Positions 51,127-63,400 of a stretch of 64,000 bases of DNA are shown in pieces. Positions within the stretch are counted from its first letter, which is position 1; every line of letters begins with the position of its first letter. Position numbers and translations under genes: made by a program. Below the pieces are notes generated by a model. That model did not search any database, was not told the origin of the DNA, and saw nothing but the letters and a program-made list of their open reading frames with translations. Source of the DNA: Macrostomum lignano (Eukaryota); assembly GCA_002269645.1 (NCBI GenBank), contig NIVC01001443.1, positions 1 to 64,000 on the forward strand, read 5' to 3'.

Positions 51127-54100
51127 ATGCGCGGTCCACTATCGCTGCCACTACCCAGGCGACTGCGCCAACTGGTGCTGGCCAATTTTGCCTGTCCTGG
51201 CAATCGCACTGGCCACCTCGCTCGCCTGGCATTTCGCCTCGCCTCCCATGAGCAGCAGCACGCCTCCCGCCTGTGCGCCGAGGCTTGCATTGATTTGTTG
51301 CCAGCAGCAACACCCGCCTCGCCGGCGACCTGCCTGGAGGTTGGCTTTGGCGCCGGGCACGCGCTGGCCGAGCTGCGACGACTTCGGCCAGTTGGCGAGC
51401 TTCGCCTTCTGGGCGTCGACGCGAGCAGCTTGGCTTTGAAGCTGGCAACGGCGCAGCTTGGCGGCGAGCCCGACAATGCAAAGCTGTTCCACTGCCAGGC
51501 CGACGACCTGCTGCCTGTGGCCACCGGCAGCTGCAACCTGGTTGCTCAGGTAGCTTAGCCTAGGTTGGCTTCGGCTGCCGATTCTTCAGTGTCTGCTCCC
51601 CCGGGTCTTCAGGTGTTGCTACCCCTTTATAGATTTTTTCAGGCGCTGCTATCTTTAGTTCCTCAGGTGCTATTTGCTATTGCCCCCCGTTCTTCAGGTG
51701 CTTTTGCCCCCCGGTTCTTTATGTGCTTTTGCCCACCGGTTCTTTATGTGCATTTGCCCCCCGGTTCTTTATGTGCTTTTGCCCCCCGGTTCTTTATGTG
51801 CTTTTGCCCCCCGGTTCTTTATGTGCATTTGCCCCCCGGTTCTTTATGTGCATTTGCCCCCGGTTCTTTATGTGCATTTGCCCCCCGGTTCTTTATGTGC
51901 TTTTGCCCCCCCCCCCCGGTTCTTTATGTGCTTTTGCCCACCGGTTCTTTATGTGCATTTGCCCCCGGTTCTTTATGTGCTTTTGCCCCCCGGTTCTTTA
52001 TGTGCTTTTGCCCCCGGTTCTTTATGTGCTTTTGCCCCCCGGTTCTTTATGTGCATTTGCCCCCCCCCGGTTCTTTATGTGCTTTTGCCCCCCGGTTCTT
52101 TATGTGCATTTGCCCACCGGTTCTTTATGTGCATTTGCCCACCGGTTCTTTATGTGCATTTGCCCCCCGGTTCTTTATGTGCATTTGCCCCCCGGTTCTT
52201 TATGTGCATTTGCCCCCCCCCGGTTCTTTATGTGCATTTGCCCCCGGTTCTTTATGTGCATTTGCCCCCCCCGGTTCTTTATGTGCTTTTGCCCCCCGGT
52301 TCTTTATGTGCTTTTGCCCCCCCCCGGTTCTTTATGTGCATTTGCCCCCCGGTTCTTTATGTGCATTTGCCCACCGGTTCTTTATGTGCATTTGCCCCCC
52401 GGTTCTTTATGTGCATTTGCCCCCCGGTTCTTTATGTGCTTTTGCCTCCAGTTCTTTATGTGCATTTGCCCCCCCCCGGTTCTTTATGTGCTTTTGCCCC
52501 CCCCCCGGTTCTTTATGTGCTTTTGCCCCCCCGGTTCTTTATGTGCTTTTGCCCACCGGTTCTTTATGTGCTTTTGCCCCCCGGTTCTTTATGTGCTTTT
52601 GCCCCCTCCGGTTCTTTATGTGCATTTGCCCCCGGTTCTTTATGTGCATTTGCCCCCGGTTCTTTATGTGCATTTGCCCCCCGGTTCTTTATGTGCTTTT
52701 GCCCCCGGTTCTTTATGTGCATTTGCCCCCCGGTTCTTTATGTGCATTTGCCCCCGGTTCTTTATGTGCATTTGCCCCCCCCCCGGTTCTTTATGTGCTT
52801 TTGCCCACCGGTTCTTTATGTGCATTTGCCCCCCCCCGGTTCTTTATGTGCATTTGCCCCCCCGGTTCTTTATGTGCTTTTGCCCCCCCCGGTTCTTTAT
52901 GTGCTTTTGCCCCCCCCCGGTTCTTTATGTGCTTTTGCCCCCCCCCCGGTTCTTTATGTGCTTTTGCCCACCGGTTCTTTATGTGCTTTTGCCCCCGGTT
53001 CTTTATGTGCTTTTGCCCCCCCCCGGTTCTTTATGTGCATTTGCCCCCGGTTCTTTATGTGCATTTGCCCCCCGGTTCTTTATGTGCATTTGCCCCCCGG
53101 TTCTTTATGTGCATTTGCCCCCCCCTGGTTCTTTATGTGCTTTTGCCCCCCCCGGTTCTTTATGTGCATTTGCCCCCGGTTCTTTATGTGCATTTGCCCC
53201 CGGTTCTTTATGTGCATTTGCCCCCCGGTTCTTTATGTGCTTTTGCCCCCGGTTCTTTATGTGCATTTGCCCCCGGTTCTTTATGTGCTTTTGCCCCCCG
53301 GTTCTTTATGTGCATTTGCCCCCCCCGGTTCTTTATGTGCTTTTGCCCCCCCCGGTTCTTTATGTGCATTTGCCCCCCGGTTCTTTATGTGCTTTTGCCC
53401 CCCGGTTCTTTATGTGCATTTGCCCCCCGGTTCTTTATGTGCTTTTGCCCCCCGGTTCTTTATGTGCATTTGCCCCCCGGTTCTTTATGTGCTTTTGCCC
53501 CCCGGTTCTTTATGTGCTTTTGCCCCCCGGTTCTTTATGTGCTTTTGCCCCCCCCGGTTCTTTATGTGCATTTGCCCCCCGGTTCTTTATGTGCTTTTGC
53601 CCCCCCCCGGTTCTTTATGTGCATTTGCCCCCCCCCCCCGGTTCTTTATGTGCTTTTGCCCCCCCCCGGTTCTTTATGTGCATTTGCCCCCCGGTTCTTT
53701 ATGTGCTTTTGCCCCCCCCCCGGTTCTTTATGTGCATTTGCCCCCCGGTTCTTTATGTGCTTTTGCCCCCCGGTTCTTTATGTGCTTTTGCCCCCCCCCC
53801 GGTTCTTTATGTGCATTTGCCCCCGGTTCTTTATGTGCATTTGCCCCCCGGTTCTTTATGTGCTTTTGCCCCCCGGTTCTTTATGTGCTTTTGCCCCCCC
53901 CCCCGGTTCTTTATGTGCATTTGCCCCCGGTTCTTTATGTGCTTTTGCCCCCCCGGTTCTTTATGTGCTTTTGCCCCCCCCGGTTCTTTATGTGCATTTG
54001 CCCCCCGGTTCTTTATGTGCTTTTGCCCCCCCCGGTTCTTTATGTGCATTTGCCCCCGGTTCTTTATGTGCTTTTGCCCCCCCCCCGGTTCTTTATGTGC

Positions 54101-56436
54101 TTTTGCCCCCCGGTTCTTTATGTGCTTTTGCCCCCGGTTCTTTATGTGCATTTGCCCCCCGGTTCTTTATGTGCTTTTGCCCCCGGTTCTTTATGTGCTT
54201 TTGCCCCCCCCCGGTTCTTTATGTGCATTTGCCCCCCGGTTCTTTATGTGCTTTTGCCCCCCCCCCGGTTCTTTATGTGCATTTGCCCCCGGTTCTTTAT
54301 GTGCTTTTGCCCCCGGTTCTTTATGTGCTTTTGCCCCCCCGGTTCTTTATGTGCTTTTGCCCCCCGGTTCTTTATGTGCATTTGCCCCCCGGTTCTTTAT
54401 GTGCTTTTGCCCCCCGGTTCTTTATGTGCTTTTGCCCCCCCCCCCCGGTTCTTTATGTGCTTTTGCCCCCCCCCCGGTTCTTTATGTGCTTTTGCCCCCC
54501 CCCCGGTTCTTTATGTGCATTTGCCCCCCGGTTCTTTATGTGCTTTTGCCCCCCCCCCGGTTCTTTATGTGCATTTGCCCCCGGTTCTTTATGTGCTTTT
54601 GCCCCCGGTTCTTTATGTGCTTTTGCCCCCCCCGGTTCTTTATGTGCATTTGCCCCCGGTTCTTTATGTGCTTTTGCCCCCGGTTCTTTATGTGCTTTTG
54701 CCCCCCCCCCGGTTCTTTATGTGCTTTTGCCCCCGGTTCTTTATGTGCTTTTGCCCCCCGGTTCTTTATGTGCATTTGCCCCCCGGTTCTTTATGTGCTT
54801 TTGCCCCCCCCGGTTCTTTATGTGCTTTTGCCCCCCCCCGGTTCTTTATGTGCATTTGCCCCCCGGTTCTTTATGTGCTTTTGCCCCCCCCCGGTTCTTT
54901 ATGTGCATTTGCCCCCGGTTCTTTATGTGCTTTTGCCCCCGGTTCTTTATGTGCTTTTGCCCCCCCCGGTTCTTTATGTGCATTTGCCCCCGGTTCTTTA
55001 TGTGCTTTTGCCCCCCCCCGGTTCTTTATGTGCATTTGCCCCCGGTTCTTTATGTGCTTTTGCCCCCCGGTTCTTTATGTGCTTTTGCCCCCCCGGTTCT
55101 TTATGTGCTTTTGCCCCCCGGTTCTTTATGTGCATTTGCCCCCCGGTTCTTTATGTGCTTTTGCCCCCCGGTTCTTTATGTGCTTTTGCCCCCCCCCGGT
55201 TCTTTATGTGCTTTTGCCCCCCCCCCGGTTCTTTATGTGCATTTGCCCCCGGTTCTTTATGTGCTTTTGCCCCCCCGGTTCTTTATGTGCTTTTGCCCCC
55301 CCCGGTTCTTTATGTGCTTTTGCCCCCCGGTTCTTTATGTGCTTTTGCCCCCCCGGTTCTTCATGTGCATTTGCCCCCGATTCTTTATGTGCATTTGCCC
55401 CCCGGTTCTTTATGTGCTTTTGCCCCCCGGTTCTTTATGTGCATTTGCCCCCCGGTTCTTTATGTGCATTTGCCCCCCGGTTCTTTATGTGCATTTGCCC
55501 CCCGGTTCTTTATGTGCATTTGCCCCCCGGTTCTTTATGTGCTTTTGCCCCCGGTTCTTTATGTGCATTTGCCCCCCGGTTCTTTATGTGCATTTGCCCC
55601 CCGGTTCTTTATGTGCTTTTGCCCCCCGGTTCTTTATGTGCTTTTGCCCCCCCCGGTTCTTTATGTGCTTTTGCCCCCCCCCGGTTCTTTATGTGCTTTT
55701 GCCCCCCCCGGTTCTTTATGTGCTTTTGCCCCCCAGTTGTTCAGGTGCTACTGCCCTCAGTTGCTAAGGTGCTACTGACCCCAGTTGCTAAGGTGCTACT
55801 GACCCCAGTTGTTCAGGTGCTACTGCCCTCAGTTGCTAAGGTGCTACTGACCCCAGTTGCTAAGGTGCTACTGACCCCAGTTGCTAAGGTGCTACTGACC
55901 CCAGTTGTTTCAGGTGCTACTGCCCTCAGTTGCTAAGGTGCTACTGACCCCAGTTGCTAAGGTGCTGCTGACCCCAGTTGCTAAGGTGCTACTGACCCCA
56001 GTTGTTCAGGTGCTACTGCCCTCAGTTGCTAAGGTGCCACTGCCCCCAGTTGCTAAGGTGCTGCTGCCCCCAGTTGCTAAGGTGGTGCTGCCCCCCGTCC
56101 ATCAGGGCTTGCTAAACCTAACCCTGCAAGCTATGGTTCCCCAACGCCCCACCGGCCCCGCCCCAATTCCAGGTGAACTGCTTCGGCGTGCTGCCCCGCG
56201 CTCAGTTGGCCGGGGCCTGCAGAGAAGCCTACCGGGTGCTCCGTCCGGACGGCCGGCTGGTGGCGGTGGCCGACTGCTGGCTGACCAGCCGGTTGGTCGC
56301 GGAGCTCGGCCGGCCGGATCTGCTGGACAGCCTGGCTGCCCTGGAGGCGGCCGGCTTCTCCAAGTTGAAGCACAGTCGGCGCCAGTGCTGCCTGACTGGC
56401 CGGCCGCTGCACCTGGTCACGGCTGAGGTCCGCTGA
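51127..56436 (+). CDS. Class I SAM-dependent methyltransferase (Methyltransf_11/25-like), 2 exons, 228 aa
   Basis: Exon 1 51127-51549 (CAG|GTAG), exon 2 56173-56436 (TTCCAG|GTG), phase 0. Motif I CLEVGFGAG, acidic GVDAS, then LP...CNLVAQVNC and EAYRVLRPDGRL. Confidence 0.85.
51700..56095. repeat. Minisatellite filling the methyltransferase intron
   Basis: (GGTTCTTTATGTGC[A/T]TTTG-Cn) about 140 copies to ~55733, then a 24-bp unit CCCCAGTTGCTAAGGTGCTACTGA to ~56095. Confidence 0.97.
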
Positions 56437-57555
56437 CCCCCCTTGGAGGAGTGTCCACGCAGACGGAAAAGTGTCTTTCTGACTTTAAGAGCAGTCCAGC
56501 GCCTTTTTCAGTTCGTGCATATTAAAGTGACCGTTTGTTACCTGCGGCCACAGATACTTGAATAAGTAGATGGGCCACTCAGGCATATGTACTTAGTAAA
56601 ACAGCTTTCTACTTTCAATTCAGTAGCAAATAAGAATACATAAGCTTTTATAAAAAGGCAGCTGAAATGACTTTGATAAGTTTAGAAGCCAAAGCTAATC
56701 GGTTCAGCCATAATGTACATTAGCCAGTCCACTGAAATGTACATGGCAGCTTTAGGCTGGAATTCCGTGGAAGGCAATAACGGGCGAGGCGGGGGGGGGG
56801 GGTAGTGTGGAAAGGCGTCGTTGGAAGGTTTAATCTGGAAGAGCCCATAAATGAACCTTGACTTTAAAAATACATTAAAATGCTTCAGTTTAACTTACTA
56901 CTGAACTGATAGTAGCTTACACGCAAATGTGCTGAGTGGCCCATCTAGTTATTCTCATATTGTATCATTGTATCCAAATGATTGAAAACCCCAAGGAATT
57001 ACTCAAAATAAAATATGAATTGCAGAGACTATGGAACTTGAATGAAAAATTGAAACTGGTGGTAGCTGCACCCATGAGACAGGCTGTAAAACAAAAAACC
57101 AGCTTGGCTTTCTGTTTCTACGAAAGTGTCCTAGAGGTTTCAGACCAGAAGTCCTGCAGTATATCTGCAGTTATTAGCCTTGTTAGCTCCTATTTTAATT
57201 GCTGCTTCATCCGGTTCATCAATATGTTGTCAGCCATGTTTTCTGTTGTGGATGATTTTTTGGTTGCTAACCAATGTGTTCAGGCATTTATGAGCCTTTG
57301 GCGTCTGCCAGTGTCTGTCTGCTCAGCTGCAGAAAATTGTATTTTAATAAACTGCGTTCTCGGATATTCGATTTCTTAGCATAGCTGCAATCTTTTTTTA
57401 TGACAGCAAACATTTATAGTTATTTGTTTGACTTAATTTGTTAATTTCTTATTTTTAAATACTTTTTGCGCAACTGGTGTCCGTATAGCGCAGTTATTGG
57501 TACATTTATCTGCAGTCGAGGTGCATTGACTAAGTCTTTCCCTATCACGCTATGG

Positions 57556-57918
57556 CAGAGGTTGGCAAACTTTTTTACCTCGAGGCCAGATAGACAACCT
57601 AGCGCATGAGGGGAGAGAGGAGAGAGAAAAGAGATGAGATGACAGATGAGAGAAAGGAGAGGCGAGGCGAGGCTAAAAGAGAGTAGACGAAAGGAAATGA
57701 GAGATGAAATAGAAGAAGAGAGGAGAATCGAAAGGGAAAGAGAGGAGAGAAGGGAGAGCAGGTGAGAGGATAAAGTAGAGGAGAGAAATGAGAGGAGATT
57801 AGAGAGAAGGGAGCTGAGAAGAGACTACAATAGCAATCCGGCCCGCTCAAGGTTTGTCTCTTCTCAAAGGTCCGAGGGCCGGATGGAGAGGCTTCGCTGG
57901 CCGGAGTTTGCCTGCTGC
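57556..57918 (+). mobile_element. Second, degraded copy of the same hAT-like MITE family, opposite orientation
   Basis: Starts CAGAGGTTGGCAAACTTTTTTACC..GGCCAGATAG..GCGCATGA followed by an AG tract, and ends GGCCGGAGTTTGCC. Shares CAATCCGGCCCGCTCAAGG with the 16871 copy. No TSD found. Confidence 0.65.
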
Positions 57919-57939
57919 TTTCAGTTCTTATTCTACGTG

Positions 57940-58218
57940 CTAATATAATAACAATGATAATAATTTATTACACCTACCCTATGGTTTTTGCGCGGCGCAT
58001 TTTAAGGCTGCGTACGGCTGTCCAGTCCAAGGACTGGGGGGGTCGCCCTCATGCAATTACCCCAGCCAATGCTGGTATCCATTTTACAGCTGGGTGAACT
58101 GAATCGATTCAGAGTTAAGTGTCTTGCTCAAGGACACGAATTTTTCCGAGTGGATTAGGAATCGAACCCCCGACCTTTCAGTCGTGAGTCTGAAGCTCTA
58201 ACCACTAGGCTACAACCC
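57940..58218 (-). mobile_element. tRNA-derived SINE with CORE-like central domain
   Basis: Minus strand: tRNA-like head with A box TAGCCTAGTGG, CTCACGA loop and B box GGTTCGATTCC. Then GTGTCCTTGAGCAAGACACTTAAC (MIR/CORE-like), CACCCAGCTGTAAAATGGATACC, and an ATT-rich tail. Confidence 0.75.
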
Positions 58219-58459
58219 TATCTTAGTCTATGGTGAATATAAGAACTCTACTTGGCTCTTGGCAACGCACCAAACTGGACTAAAGCAAAAAGGTGTATTA
58301 CGTTGGAATATATCATTCCTACAAAATAAGTGGTTAAATGCTTGTTAATGACAATCCTGAACCATAAATGACCTTCCAAACTTAATAAATTAAACTAAAC
58401 TAATAAAATAAACTAATAAATTATATTGTAGAGATTTATAATCTGTTGCAACTCGTACA

Positions 58460-58653
58460 GTTGCCATGGTAACTGCGAGGATCCGCACTCTTGTCTTGAC
58501 GGAATCAATTTCCATTCACCTTATTCGCTTTGTAGATCGCAAAGGAGAGCAGAGCCTATAGAAACTCAGCTATGCGACTATTGTTTCTCGGGAGCTTCTC
58601 AGCCTGCCTGCCCAAGGGTCTCGGAAACTTTCAGATTTGGTTCCCATGGTTAC
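58460..58653. promoter_or_regulatory. Two RFX X-box-like motifs upstream of the ELOVL gene
   Basis: GTTGCCATGGTAAC at 58460-58473 (full consensus) and GTTCCCATGGTTAC at 58640-58653 (near match), 520-700 bp before the ATG. Confidence 0.45.
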
Positions 58654-59176
58654 CGCGCCGGCAGGGGGTTGACAGAAGAACGGAGTGGGTAGAGAAACTT
58701 CTGAATTAGTGTACGCTACGGACGGCTTCTCGTGGGAGAATGGGTGTGTGAGGTTGGGGCTGCTGAGAGCTTGTGTTCTGGCAGACAACCCGCTCTCTCT
58801 GCATTGCTGCCACTCCCCGGCTGTCCCAAACTCTGCACAAGAATGCTCTGCCTCTCCTACCATTGTGCTCAACAGACTCATCTATCCCCTTCCCCTCCCC
58901 CCCAGCCTGCCTGCATTTGTGAGTAGGGCTTAGTGAGCACAGCCTTTATAGGCGTACCTTGGCTTTGATGCCTTCATAAAATCCTCCGTCAGTTGCTATA
59001 GTATCTCAGCCGTCCTGGGGTGCGGACAAATCCCGTTAACATCTCTGTCTAATCCCGGTACCGCTTTGTTTCATAGCCCTGTAGTCTGCTGCTCCTTCTG
59101 AGTCTTCGGTTCCAATCGAACTCCGCCATCTCAATTCCCTGTTCTGTAGATTAGTTTAGAATTATAAATATCAGTT

Positions 59177-60700
59177 ATGGATCTCATAATGGACCAGGCC
59201 GCTCACTTCTACGATAGCTACCAATTCTGGCTGAGAAAAGCCGGTGAGTGAAACCATTGGAATTAGAATTTCAATTAGAGCTCCTATCTGTAATGGTTGC
59301 TATAGGAACTGTTGCCAACGCTTGACTGCACTCGTACGACCTCCGATTCGGATGTTATTATCGCATTGCCTTCTGATAACTTTGATTTTCAGCACGATAA
59401 TCACAATATTCACAATATGCTGTTATTATTTTTGCACTCCGCAGACAAGCGCGTGGCAGACTGGCCGCTAATGAAATCCTACTGGCCCACCTGGGCCCTG
59501 ATGTTCGGCTACCTGATCGCGGTGAAGGTCGGCCAGCGCCTCATGGCCAGCCGCCAGCCCTTCCGCCTGCGCTGGCCCCTGTTCGCCTACAATATCTGCC
59601 TTGTGGTGCTCAACTTTCACATATTCTCCGAGGTAACTGAAGATAACCGAGATATCTACGGATATTTTTTGTTCTAAATATATTCTTTCTTGACAGACTT
59701 TAGCCTGCAGTCTACTGCTACGCTCGTAGTATCAGTAGAGTGGTAGACAAAATTGCAACCTTATTTTATTCAATGGCCTGAAAAGTTAAATTAAGCACGC
59801 GGCAATAATTTCAGCTACTGTACTGCTCTTGGAAACGCAACTACAACTACCTGTGCCAGCACATCGACTACTCGGACAATCCCTACGAGGTTCGCATCGC
59901 CAAGGCCCTGTGGTGGTACTACTTCTCCAAGTGTATCGAGTTTATGGACACAATGTTCTTTGTGCTGAGAAAGAAAAACACGCAGATCAGCTTTCTGCAT
60001 CTCTACCACCACGCCACCATGTTCCCGATCTGGTGGATCGGCGTGAAGTGGGTGGCCGGCGGTCAGTCTTTCCTCGGCGCCATGATCAACTCCTTCATTC
60101 ACGTGCTCATGTACACCTACTATGGGCTGAGCTCCCTTGGAGAGGCTGTGCAGAAGTTCCTGTGGTGGAAGCGGTACTTGACCCGGCTGCAACTGGTGAG
60201 GGAGAGTCTTATGCAGCAATCCAATGCACGCAACACTCAAAGCACAAAAGCCCTGAATCCCAGGAATCCATGCACCACTCTAAATGCGTCCAGTGAAACT
60301 CCCCACGTGTGTAGATTTAAAACAATCATACTTGGCTAATGAAACTGTCCGCAGATTCAATTCTTCATCGGGATGCTGGTCGGCACTCATTCCCTGCTAA
60401 CTGGCTGCGGCGCCGTCCCCATCTGGATGGAGTACTCCGGCATGGTGTACGGCCTCTCCATGATTGCACTGTTCGCCAACTTCTATCACAAAGAGTACGT
60501 CACCAGAAGCAATTTGAACAAGCGGGAAGCCGTCGACAAAGTGAGTGTCCAGAGAAAATCTTATTCACAATTTGTACTTTTTCTGAGTTCGATCGTTTCG
60601 AAAACGAATCGCCCATCTGTTGGCATTGCAGCGACCGAACGGGCAGGCTAACGGACACGCCACTAACGGGCACGTCGCGTCCTCAAAGAAGCAACATTGA
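59177..60700 (+). CDS. ELOVL4: Elongation of very long chain fatty acids protein, ELOVL4-like, 5 exons, 296 aa
   Basis: Exons 59177-59243, 59445-59632, 59815-60195, 60355-60540, 60632-60700 (891 nt). Motifs: [30 protein letters not shown], histidine box [32 protein letters not shown]|IQF, C-terminal KKQH di-lysine ER signal. Subfamily assignment is inferred from the motifs. Confidence 0.93.
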
Positions 60701-60848
60701 ATAGAAATTAATGAATGTAACAGAGGCTCTCATGCGATCTCAGTCGCGTCTGTGGCTTTCAATCTGTTTGGTACAGGCACCTGTTGTTTATGGTCGAAAC
60801 TGGCATCGATCGACCATAAAAAACATGGCCATAGACTACGCCCGTGTA

Positions 60849-61034
60849 AGCCATAGACTATATGAATAGAGAATCAAAATTAGACGCCGCCTATCAGTAC
60901 GAGACTGAATTTAAACTAACTGATTAATTTGCGTGTGAATAGTGACCACAGATGCTAAAAACTGTGATCGTGACTGTCACCTAGGCGAAAGAGCGGCAGC
61001 TAAAATGGATGATCCGTTATTATAGTCTATGGCT
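60849..61034. mobile_element. Small MITE-like element with CCATAGAC-type TIRs
   Basis: 14-bp perfect inverted repeat AGCCATAGACTATA / TATAGTCTATGGCT. No TSD recognised. Lies just downstream of the ELOVL stop codon. Confidence 0.5.
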
Positions 61035-61624
61035 GATACTGTCGTAATCTATGGCAATGCTTTCCTTAACATCTCTCGTGCTGGTTTGTATGGGGATTGC
61101 TTCATGGAGTCTCGCCTTGTTTGACTAAAGTCTCATTAAGATAAGATCGTCAGAAGCAATGGGAAAGAGGGAGTTTTTGCTAACTGCAGATTGAAGTCAT
61201 GTCATTTCGATCATGGTAGATTTTATCATAGATAAGTTAAAAGCCCCATGCCCCACATTGCTGCAAACTGTCATTTGGCTTATATATATTACCATCGCTT
61301 GGCCATACGAGGCCTTTGAACGCTTCGCATAAGCAGGTGTGTAATATTTTATAGCTAAGTGCCAGAATAGAAATTTCAGTAGTCCATACTTGCCTGTTGC
61401 TTCATTTGAGCCTGTCTATTTCTTCTGCTACCAATTCTTCATTGTTGAAGGGGCCAGTTTATTGCGCTTGATTTAAAAAAATGTGCCTTAGTTTCATAGC
61501 CTGGCGCTTTACTTTAAGGAGCGTATGAGTCTCTTTATACTTTAGTAATGGTATCTTCCTCTGGGAGAATGCAATTTCTCGACTCTGCATTCAGCAGCCC
61601 AAACCGCCCGGCTCTATACCTCTG

Positions 61625-62245
61625 ATCATTCAGTAGTCTACCGCCTCTACCCCTGATCGTTCAGTAGTCTACCGCCTCTACCCCTGATCGTTCAGTAGTC
61701 TACCGCCTCTACCCCTGATCGTTCAGTAGTTCACCGCCTCTACCCCTGATCGTTCAGTAGTCTACCGCCTCTACCCCTGATCGTTCAGTAGTCTACCGCC
61801 TCTACCCCTGATCGTTCAGTAGTCTACCGCCTCTACCCCTGATCGTTCAGTAGTCTACCGCCTCTACCCCTGATCGTTTAGTAGTCTACCGCCTCTACCC
61901 CTTATCGTTCAGTAGTCTACCGCCTCTACCCCTGATCGTTCAGTAGTCTACCGCCTCTACCCCTGATCGTTCAATAGTCTACCGCCTCTACCCCTGATCG
62001 TTCAATAGTCTACCGCCTCTACCCCTGATCTTTTAGTAGTCTACCGCCTCTACCCCTGATCGTTCAATAGTCTACCGCCTCTACCCCTGATCTTTTAGTA
62101 GCCTACCGCCTCTACCCCTGATCGTTCAATAGTCTACCGCCTCTACCCCTGATCGTTCAGTAGTCTACCGCCTCTACCCCTGATCGTTCAGTAGTCTACC
62201 GCCTCTACCCCTGATCGTTCAGTAGTCTACCACCTCTACCCCTCA
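61625..62245. repeat. 31-bp minisatellite
   Basis: (TCTACCCCTGATCGTTCAGTAGTCTACCGCC)n, about 20 copies. Confidence 0.96.
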
Positions 62246-62932
62246 GGCACAGCACTGCCTCTCAATTGCTAATTGAGCAAAACTTATTCTGTTGACACCT
62301 TCCTGTCTTTTACTGTTTTCTATTTTGTTTTTATCTCTTTAAATAGACAGTTCTGCTGAGCCAATAACCATTTTAAAGTCTAATTTTGCACCTTTTTGCC
62401 CCGATAACTGCGCGCTGTTTTTTATTTGATTTCCTGTACTTTTTGTGTTATCCACCGGAGTTTTATCCTACCAATATTGTTTTAGTAGATTTTTTGTTAC
62501 GTTGAAGTTTCTTTTTAAAAAATGTCATAAAAGCTGGAGGATTGATGTTTTGATCTCATGTTGTATTTCTCCGTTCTCAGTGGACCCATCATTCTCCATT
62601 ACTGCTGGTCCATGCGTAAGTTTTTAATCTTGCTTTTTGTCATAAATTTTTTTTTTAACTTTTTAAAGTTGATGTTTAACGTCGAGGGCTAGATGGACTT
62701 CATGGTCTGAGTACTTAACAAGAGTTTATTGTTTTGTGTGCCTCTTTTTGTTTACTGATTTCAACGAGAAATTTTAGCGATGAAATACACTTGATAGTTG
62801 AATCTCTGTGCAATAAATTCATGCTTTACTTCCCAGTAAAATGGACTTAAATTCTGTTGTAGTTTTACTAAGTTTTGCTCCGATGCCGGCAGGATATTCA
62901 ACGACCCATCGCCTTTTAAACCCAATCGACAA

Positions 62933-63400
62933 CGACAACAACAGAATACGCAGTTAGCGTCACAGGGCGCGCCTCAAGGCCAGGTCGCGAATGAACGCCA
63001 CACCGCCGGCCGAATCCGGGGCGCCGGCGTCAGCCAGCAGGCAGTCGACGAAACGAGTCAGCAGCAGCACCTCCTGCACCGGCTCTGGGCAGTACGACTC
63101 AGCGCGGATGATGTGGCCTGCCAGCTGGAGTAGCCGACGACGCAGCAGGTCGCTTGGACGGACCAGGCCGGCGCGGTGATACAAAGCCGCGTTGGTCACT
63201 CGCTCGTAGCCGATCTTGAAGGCGGGCAGTCCTGCAGTCCGAGGCCTTGCCTGACCGCCAGAGGGAGGCGTTGTTCCAGGCGGTGATCGAGACCGTTCTG
63301 CTGTACAACGCCGAGACCTGGACGCTGACGGAGTCGCTCGAGCAACAAGTTGACGCGGTGCACGCTGCATGGCCTGCTGCGCGCCGCCTTCAAGATCGGC
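62933..63400 (-). mobile_element. 5'-truncated RTE-clade LINE with inverted 5' segment
   Basis: Plus strand 63241-63400 encodes LFQAVIETVLLYNAETWTLT...LLRAAFKIG. Minus strand from 63223 continues AFKIGYERVTNAALYHRAGL...RRRLLQLAGHIIRAE to a (TGT)n-like tail. TSD CCAATCGACAA at 62922-62932 and 63400-63410. Confidence 0.85.

Noticed and set aside
51700-55733. Variable poly-C lengths and the A/T switch as an information code
   Set aside because: No periodicity seen by eye, and homopolymer length is the typical long-read error mode.
51565-55936. Three 1350-1420-aa ORFs
   Set aside because: They are translations of a stop-free minisatellite, open in all three frames and lying inside a GT-AG intron that joins two halves of a methyltransferase.
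58150-58218. Functional tRNA-Val(CAC) on the minus strand
   Set aside because: The acceptor and anticodon stems are mismatched, and the sequence continues into a SINE body.
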